In this document: piece after piece, positions 1 to 5,127 of the stretch
How the letters are laid out: each line of letters begins with the position of its first letter
Numbering within the stretch: the first letter of the stretch is position 1
The notes under the pieces: model-generated
The model's database searches: none
What the model saw: the letters and a program-made list of their open reading frames with translations, nothing else
Told to the model about the DNA's origin: nothing
Program-made: the position numbers and the translations under genes
From: Selaginella moellendorffii
Taxonomy: Eukaryota > Plantae > Lycopodiophyta
Direction: 5' to 3'
Assembly: GCF_000143415.4 (NCBI RefSeq)
Contig: NW_003314747.1
Span: 1-5,127 of the forward strand
DNA length: 5,127 bases

Positions 1-1050
1 TTTGTTAATTATTTATTATGATTTTGTTTAAATTATTTACCTTAAGTTTATTTAGGTTGTCTAAATTTCTATTATAAATATATTAAAAAAGTTTATAGTA
101 TTTAGGTAGAATAAAAAGTATTTTAATAAAAATATCTTCAATAAATTAAATTAAAACATCAATATTATACATCTGATAGTTTTGAGAATATTAATAAGAT
201 ATGTTACATTAGTTGTTTAATATTTTAGCTGAAACTTTTAAATTTATAACTCTGGTCTATTTACAAAATATAAATGAGAATTTGAAAAAATATAATAAAA
301 TTGAAAGATAAAAACATTTTGAAACTTAATTATACCAAATACTTTAACTCATCTTGATTAAACTGAATTTCATAAATAATTAAATTTCAACAGAGTATAT
401 ACTATCAACTAAATTAACTTTAATAGTTTTTATATTTTAGCTCTCCGAGATGTTTAATTTGCAAATATTTTATACTCATTAGGGTCTCATTTCTTGAAAG
501 TTGTTCATGATCAAAAATAGTTATGTGAAGAACATTTATGAGTAATTCTATAGTCTCCATAAAATTGTATATAAACATAAATAGTTAGTAAACTTTGACT
601 ACATTTATGTATATATTTATATTACATGACAAAATTAAGGTTGAATATATTCCATAAGTGCAATGTGTTGGTTTTGAGTAATTCACAATTCACAATTTGT
701 ATTTTTTCCATAAAATTTCTCATTTGTATAAAAGATTTTGGATTTGTAATTTTCTCCATGTGCATTCATTCAGAAAGTTTTTAAAATATACCTTCTGTAA
801 TTAGGTTCTTCAAGTGTGATTTCCAATAATAAGGTTTTCTTAAAAGAAATTGGCATTTTAAAGATGAAGAAATAAAAAAAATTAAATAATAAAATTAAAT
901 AGCCAAGTTAAAACACAAGTAATTGCATCAAATAACCATTTGTATACAAATTTTTAACAAAATAATTACGCTCTACTTGGAAACCATCAACTTCTGTATT
1001 TTTTTTAAACTTAATTTATGCTTTTGAACTAACTGGATTTTTTAATCATG

Positions 1051-1074
1051 CTTAGGTAACATCTCTTAGGTAAC
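1051..1074 (+). repeat. 10-bp direct repeat CTTAGGTAAC x2 with a 4-nt spacer
   Basis: CTTAGGTAAC at 1051-1060 and 1065-1074, separated by ATCT. Confidence 0.85.
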
Positions 1075-1340
1075 TTATTTAAAGCTGCTGACAGATTAAA
1101 TAAGGTTATGAGCAAAAAGACTAATAGAAAATATAGAAGATGTATCTTTTTGAGATATTATTAACAAATGGATTTTATATTTGTATATGTATGAGATAGC
1201 TTATACCTATTAGATACTATGAACCATTCTCTATTGCTGTGAAGTTTAACTAAAATGTGATAGCAATTTGGATAAATTTACATAGTGGGTTTAAAAATAA
1301 TGTAAATCTCAGGTAGTGAATTTGAAAATTAAAAGATAAG

Positions 1341-1424
1341 AATTTAATATTAAGCTTGTATAATGTTATTAGTTAAAACCCAGGTAATGGATTTGGTATT
1401 TGATGCAAGAAAGAAAATATAAAG
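1341..1424 (+). repeat. Diverged direct repeat, copy 1 (copy 2 at ~5042-5118)
   Basis: gtataatgttattagttaaaacccagg-taatgga...caagaaagaaaatataaag (1358-1424) aligns by eye with gtataacttttttagttaaaaaccaggatagtgga...caaaaaagaaaata-aaag (5057-5118). Weaker similarity continues upstream. Confidence 0.45.
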
Positions 1425-2857
1425 TTGTACCTACTCTTTTAAAATCCATATTAGCATTAATATTTGAAAGTAAACTACTTTTTAATATTTAAAGAAATAT
1501 TTGGTGATATATACATGAGAAACAAGAAATTCATGAGGATAACTCAAAATATTATTACTTTTTAAAGTAATATTAAATTTTCAAATCATTTTTTGTCTTC
1601 TATATTAGTTTTTACAAGATCCATCTTAAAATAAATATAACTCCCAGATGTAAAATGTGTATTTTATGTCTTTTTTTATAATTTCCTTATTGAAATAGGT
1701 TTATATAGAGATTATATGTTGATAATTATATTTTTTTGTATTTATAAAATATATTAGATATTATGATTTTCTTTATGAATATTGTAATATGTTAGATCTA
1801 ATTTCTTATTTTAATATTTTTTTATGTTTTCAAAAATTATTTATTTCATAAAATGAATTATAATATTTGTTTAAGAAGATCTATAAAAGTTCTCTTATGT
1901 GAGTTTTCTTGTAATGGATTTTTATATCTCTAGGTGGATAGTAGAACTAGAGCTTTGATATTTTACTTTATCTTTCCTCGTCTTCCATGATTTGTCATTG
2001 CACAATATTATTTCTGCATTGGCACAAGGAACCTTGAAGATTATTTATCTATTATGTGAGAGCAAAACCTCTAAATACACAAGGAAAATGTTAAAAAAAA
2101 ACCACCAACAGCTTAGTTTAGATCCTTTATAGATACAGAACTAAAACAAAACTTTTGGCACAAGTAATAGACAGTAAAGGACAGTTTTTCTTTGATGTAT
2201 ATAAAATGGATGAAGAATTTGGTGGTTCTCACTCACCATATAACTATACTTCAAATATTTCTTTTAAAGTATTACATAATCAAAATGTTTTTAGAGAAAT
2301 TACATTATCTTACTATCTCTTTTGTTGCAAGGAAGTATTATACATTTCTTCAATCTGGATAGATTTACATATGTGTGTTTTTAAATGAAAAATGAGAAAC
2401 ATAATAGAAATTCTATTATTATTTAGCAAACAATGAATGTTAAAAGCATCATTATAGTTCAGATAATAAAGAAGTTAACTCAGTACACAATTAAATTTAT
2501 AGCTTCACCAAACCAGTGACAAAACCTATTATTCTTTGGTAGTCTATAATTCTTTGATTTTGTGAAAACTCAATTGTTTTTAAATCTTTGCAGCAATCTT
2601 GTGGATGTGTTTAGGGTTGTGTACTTTTTTATAAAGGCAATAAAAAGAAATTCAAATTTAAATTTTATGATGATAAAAAAACTGAGCTTATCTTCCCCAA
2701 CACATGCATTATTATCTAATTGCATTAATTGCCTTATTGTATATTACTCTGGAGATGAATAGTAGAAAAGTTTAGATAAATTTAACCTTATATACAAAAA
2801 ATTCTTAACATTGTAAAATTAGAAGAGAAGATCTATTTATCTTGAGTATGCTATATC

Positions 2858-2884
2858 TCCCAGCGGAGCTGGGATCTCTGCTAG
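2858..2884 (+). mobile_element. Helitron-type 3' terminus (GC-rich hairpin plus CTAG|T)
   Basis: Perfect stem TCCCAGC (2858-2864), loop GGA, GCTGGGA (2868-2874), then a 6-nt spacer TCTCTG, CTAG at 2881-2884 and T at 2885. This is the canonical Helitron 3' signature (subterminal GC hairpin, CTRR end, T target base) and stands out in a very AT-rich context. The 5' end of this element was not identified. Confidence 0.7.
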
Positions 2885-3109
2885 TCAAACTCTTTATTTA
2901 AAGTTGCTATTTTGGCATCGGCGTCACATATTCCATTTTTAGAATATCCATTTTTTCTTATGGCAGATGCTCTTGATTCAACGATCCAGATCTGTGACGC
3001 TCCAAAGCAATGGTGAGGATTGTGACATGGTGGCAAAGAGCTTGGTTTTAGGTTTAAGAAACGGTTATTATGGCTGTTCACAAGCCACCAGCGACTTGTG
3101 AACCTCTAG
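2885..3109 (+). mobile_element. Putative short non-autonomous Helitron (~225 bp), TC...hairpin...CTAG
   Basis: Starts TC at 2885 (TCAAACTCTTTATTTAAAG). Ends with inverted repeat GTTCACAAG (3076-3084) / CTTGTGAAC (3095-3103) around CCACCAGCGA, followed by CTAG at 3106-3109. Caveats: the base after CTAG is A rather than the canonical T, and the 5' boundary rests only on TC plus adjacency to the previous CTAG. Confidence 0.5.
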
Positions 3110-3110
3110 A

Positions 3111-3986
3111 TATTACGCTACAAACCATCTGTGGGTATGCGCCATGGAATTTTTCGGGAGTCTTGACTCTTTTCTTTCATTTGTTGTGATTTCTAGACCA
3201 TTTTCTTTTCACAAACTTGCTCCTGGACAAAATGATGGAGACCGCTAAGGAAAGTGGCATCCAGTGAAGAATTGTCAACCTCTCCTCCATCACACACATC
3301 GCCTCTTACAGCGGTGGAATCCAGTTCTCACACCTGAATGACAAAGCCTGGTACCAAACGACTTTCTTTTCTCGTGAGCTTACATTCTTCCTTTTTTTCT
3401 TCCAAAAGGTACTCCAACACTAGAGCATACAGTCAATCCAAGCTCGTGAACATCCTCCATGCCAAAGAACTAGCAATGAGATTCAAGGTATTTGTCTAAT
3501 GCTTTGAAATCTCTCCCACCTTTCTCTTTTGTCAATGCTTTCTCTTTTGCTGATTATGCGGAAGGAGTTGACATCACAGCCAACACTGTTCACCCGGGGT
3601 TTATAATGTCGCCTTTGATGTGGCACACATTCTACATAATGAGTTTGTCTGTTAGCCTCGTCATTGTTTTCAGTTACTTATGGAACTTTGATCTTCATGC
3701 AGGGTTTCTCAAGTTCTTCTCCAGCTTCCTTTGGAAAAATGTGCCACAGGTAAGAAGAATTCTCCCAATTATCTGGAAGTTTTTCGTGGCTAATACGTGA
3801 TTGATCTCTCAGGACGCTGCTACGACGTGCTACACAGCTTTACATCCAAGCCTCAAGGACGTCACCAGGCAATACTTCGTGGATTCCAACAAATCCAGCT
3901 GTAGCGCTTATGGCAGAGATCCCAAGCTCGCTCACAAGCTATGGACCTTCTCCCAGGAGCTTATAGACAAGCATTCTCCGTCCTAA
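3111..3986 (+). pseudogene. 5'-truncated TIC32-like short-chain dehydrogenase/reductase (SDR) pseudogene, 6 exon remnants
   Basis: Exons spliced by hand: 3111-3134 (YYATNHL, plus an extra TG), 3197-3350 (HFLFTNLLLDKMMETAKESGIQ*RIVNLSSITHIASYSGGIQFSHLNDKAW), 3409-3487 (YSNTRAYSQSKLVNILHAKELAMRFK, with catalytic YxxxK = YSQSK), 3558-3642 (AEGVDITANTVHPGFIMSPLMWHTFYIM), 3703-3749 (RFLKFFSSFLWKNVPQ), 3813-3986 (DAATTCYTALHPSLKDVTRQYFVDSN...KLWTFSQELIDKHSPS*). These match plant TIC32/retinol-dehydrogenase-like SDR motifs (ATNHLGHF, GRIVNxSS, AYxQSKLAN, HPG, QGAATTCY). Introns: 3135-3196, 3351-3408, 3488-3557, 3643-3702, 3750-3812. Lesions: in-frame TGA at 3265-3267 where Gly is expected; acceptor AT instead of AG at 3556-3557; +2 nt near 3132; N-terminal TGxxxGxG Rossmann region absent. 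Confidence 0.92.
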
Positions 3987-4080
3987 AGGTAAAAGGTTGA
4001 TGGTGCTAGAGAGCGAGCTAGCAAACAAGGACAACTCGGCAATCATTTGTGGATAGACTGTATTTACTCTTTTCAAAAGC

Positions 4081-4096
4081 TCAAGCTCGAGCTTGA
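4081..4096. repeat. Perfect 16-bp palindrome TCAAGCTCGAGCTTGA
   Basis: The sequence equals its own reverse complement and directly abuts the ALDH stop codon (4097-4099). Confidence 0.9.
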
Positions 4097-4878
4097 TCAA
4101 AAGTAAGACGCATTGCCTACATTGCGCATTACTAAAACTTTGGTTTTGAGCATGTCGTCCATTGCGTACTTGACACCCTCTCGTTGGATTGCAGAGTCTT
4201 TGATCCCACCGTATGGCTGGCTATCAACGCGCATGCTTGGTGAATCATTGAGGCAAACTCCTCCAGCTTGTGAAGATCGAATAATCATCAAACAAACAAT
4301 CAATACTTTCTATATCTCAAATGCAAAGGTACCTCTATGTGCTCAAACGCGCATAGAAGGCCTTTGTTTAGATCATGCATAAAGACGCCAGCTTGGAGAC
4401 CGTAATGTGTGTTGTTAGCTTCCTTCACGGCTTCCTTGAAATCACTGCGTCACCACCGTTTTAGTTTAACTGAGAATCTCTTCTTTCCTTGCGTCTGTGT
4501 CAAAGGGAGTGTCTTCTAGGATCGTTGGCTCCATGAAAGCTCCCCTTTGCTTACTACCAACTAGAAGTTTGGCACCTGCCTTCACTGCCTCGTTCATGCT
4601 CTTCTCCACTATAGCTGCCGATGACTTGGATATCACAGGCCCGATGGATGTGTCATCTTGGTGAGGATCTCCACCTTTGAGTTTCTTAAAGGCAGCAATC
4701 AATGCGGCCTTCACCTACATAACCAGCACCAGATACATTAGATCAAAGCTTGATTTGAGAACAAAGAATACGATAGAATTCAAATATGAGTGTCAGATAC
4801 CTCCTTGTAAACGCCAGCTCTCATGTAAAGATGCTGCATGTGAATACACAACTGGCTGCTTTGACAGAATCCCCCGTG
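4097..4878 (-). pseudogene. ALDH21: 5'-truncated aldehyde dehydrogenase family 21-like (NADP+-dependent succinic semialdehyde dehydrogenase) pseudogene
   Basis: Minus-strand exons: 4878-4801 (HGGFCQSSQLCIHMQHLYMRAGVYKE, the catalytic-Cys region, cf. GGFYQxGQSCIHMQR); 4714-4333 (VKAALIAAFKKLKGGDP...ARKEEI / SDFKEAVKEANNTHYGLQAGVFMHDLNK..AFEHIE); 4267-4097 (AGGVCLNDSPSMRVDSQPYGGIKDSAIQREGVKYAMDDMLKTKVLVMRNVGNASYF*). The RVDSQPYGGxKDSGIQREGVKYAMDDM...VLVMRNVG C-terminus is what I recall for moss ALDH21A1. Introns: 4800-4715 (GT..AG) and 4332-4268 (GT..AA, acceptor mutated). Lesions: EEIFGP motif destroyed with TAA at 4468-4466 plus a frameshift; +1 and +2 insertions at ~4346-4366; N-terminal cofactor-binding half absent. 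ALDH superfamily assignment is near-certain, family 21 is likely. Confidence 0.88.
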
Positions 4879-5041
4879 GTGCTTTTGTTATATATGCTAA
4901 GTCCATTTACAATATCAACATATTCCCACCTCAACTCCTAGGATATAGATAGTGGCAATAGAATTTAAGTGTTATAGATGGGTTTTACAAGATGAGAAAT
5001 ATATAAACCATTACTGAATCGTAAATTTCAGTATCAAAAAA

Positions 5042-5118
5042 AAATTAATAGTTAAAGTATAACTTTTTTAGTTAAAAACCAGGATAGTGGACTATTGAAA
5101 CAAAAAAGAAAATAAAAG
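5042..5118 (+). repeat. Diverged direct repeat, copy 2 (copy 1 at ~1341-1424)
   Basis: Shared core TTAGTTAAAA(A/C)CCAGG(A)TA(G/A)TGGA, flanked in both copies by GTATAA upstream and AAAGAAAATA downstream. Confidence 0.45.
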
Positions 5119-5127
5119 ACTGCTATG

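Larger units (their letters stand above)
1..2857. other. Very AT-rich non-coding or degenerate repeat DNA, possibly the body of the Helitron ending at 2884
   Basis: Long A/T runs, very few CG dinucleotides by eye, stop-rich in all frames, and no recognisable protein motifs in ORFs 2155-2388 or 2562-2762. The link to the Helitron end is inference. Confidence 0.5.

Noticed and set aside
620-835. Minus-strand frame with few stops (PYYWKSHLKNLITEG...MHMEKITNPKSFIQMRNFMEK...)
   Set aside because: Interrupted by stops and not recognisable as any family. Cannot be supported without a tBLASTx or HMM search.
2609-2618. Single plant telomere-like TTTAGGG unit
   Set aside because: Only one copy, which is expected by chance.
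2155-2762. ORFs 2155-2388 and 2562-2762
   Set aside because: Short, with TTG/GTG starts, AT-driven composition and no recognisable domain. No Helitron Rep/helicase or transposase motifs seen. A translated search could still reveal highly decayed coding remnants.
2881-3081. ORF on - (66 aa)
   Set aside because: Lies within the putative non-coding mini-Helitron, has a GTG start and no motif.
3076-3103. Hairpins at 2858-2874 and 3076-3103 as rho-independent terminators or CRISPR repeats
   Set aside because: The context is eukaryotic, there is no U-tract, the two hairpins differ in sequence and there is no repeat-spacer periodicity. The trailing CTAG fits Helitron ends better.
3492-3800. ORF 3492-3800 (102 aa) as a standalone CDS
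   Set aside because: It reads through intron sequence plus two SDR exons (the 60-nt intron 3643-3702 is in frame and stop-free). It is part of the pseudogene.
3801-3986. ORF 3801-3986 as an independent small protein
   Set aside because: It is the last SDR exon (3813-3986). The TTG start lies in the intron tail.
4113-4382. ORF on + (89 aa)
   Set aside because: Antisense shadow of ALDH exons with no recognisable motif.
4447-4453. GCGTCAC shared between the ALDH filler patch and 2921-2927
   Set aside because: A 7-mer match is too short to claim templated filler.
4677-4952. ORF on + (91 aa)
   Set aside because: Antisense to an ALDH exon and intron, and crosses the island junction. No motif.

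Overview
This is eukaryotic DNA, most likely from a non-seed land plant. The evidence is very short GT-AG introns (58-86 nt) and an ALDH21-type gene; a lycophyte such as Selaginella or a bryophyte is my inference. Positions 1-~2850 and ~4881-5127 are very AT-rich with no recognisable intact gene. Between them lies a GC-richer island (~3110-4880) carrying the 3' portions of two convergent, intron-containing genes whose stops are 110 nt apart. On + is a TIC32-like short-chain dehydrogenase/reductase (SDR); on - is an ALDH21-like NADP+-dependent succinic semialdehyde dehydrogenase. Both are cut off at the island edges and pseudogenised by stops, frameshifts, lost splice acceptors and many apparent C>T/G>A changes. 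Just upstream of the island are two Helitron-type 3' termini in tandem (hairpin plus CTAG, ending at 2884 and 3109). The second closes a ~225-bp TC...CTAG unit that abuts the gene fragment. The best reading is a Helitron-associated transduplication of a two-gene genomic segment decaying in methylated repeat DNA. I see no intact CDS, RNA gene or CRISPR array. All family assignments are from motif recognition, not database searches.
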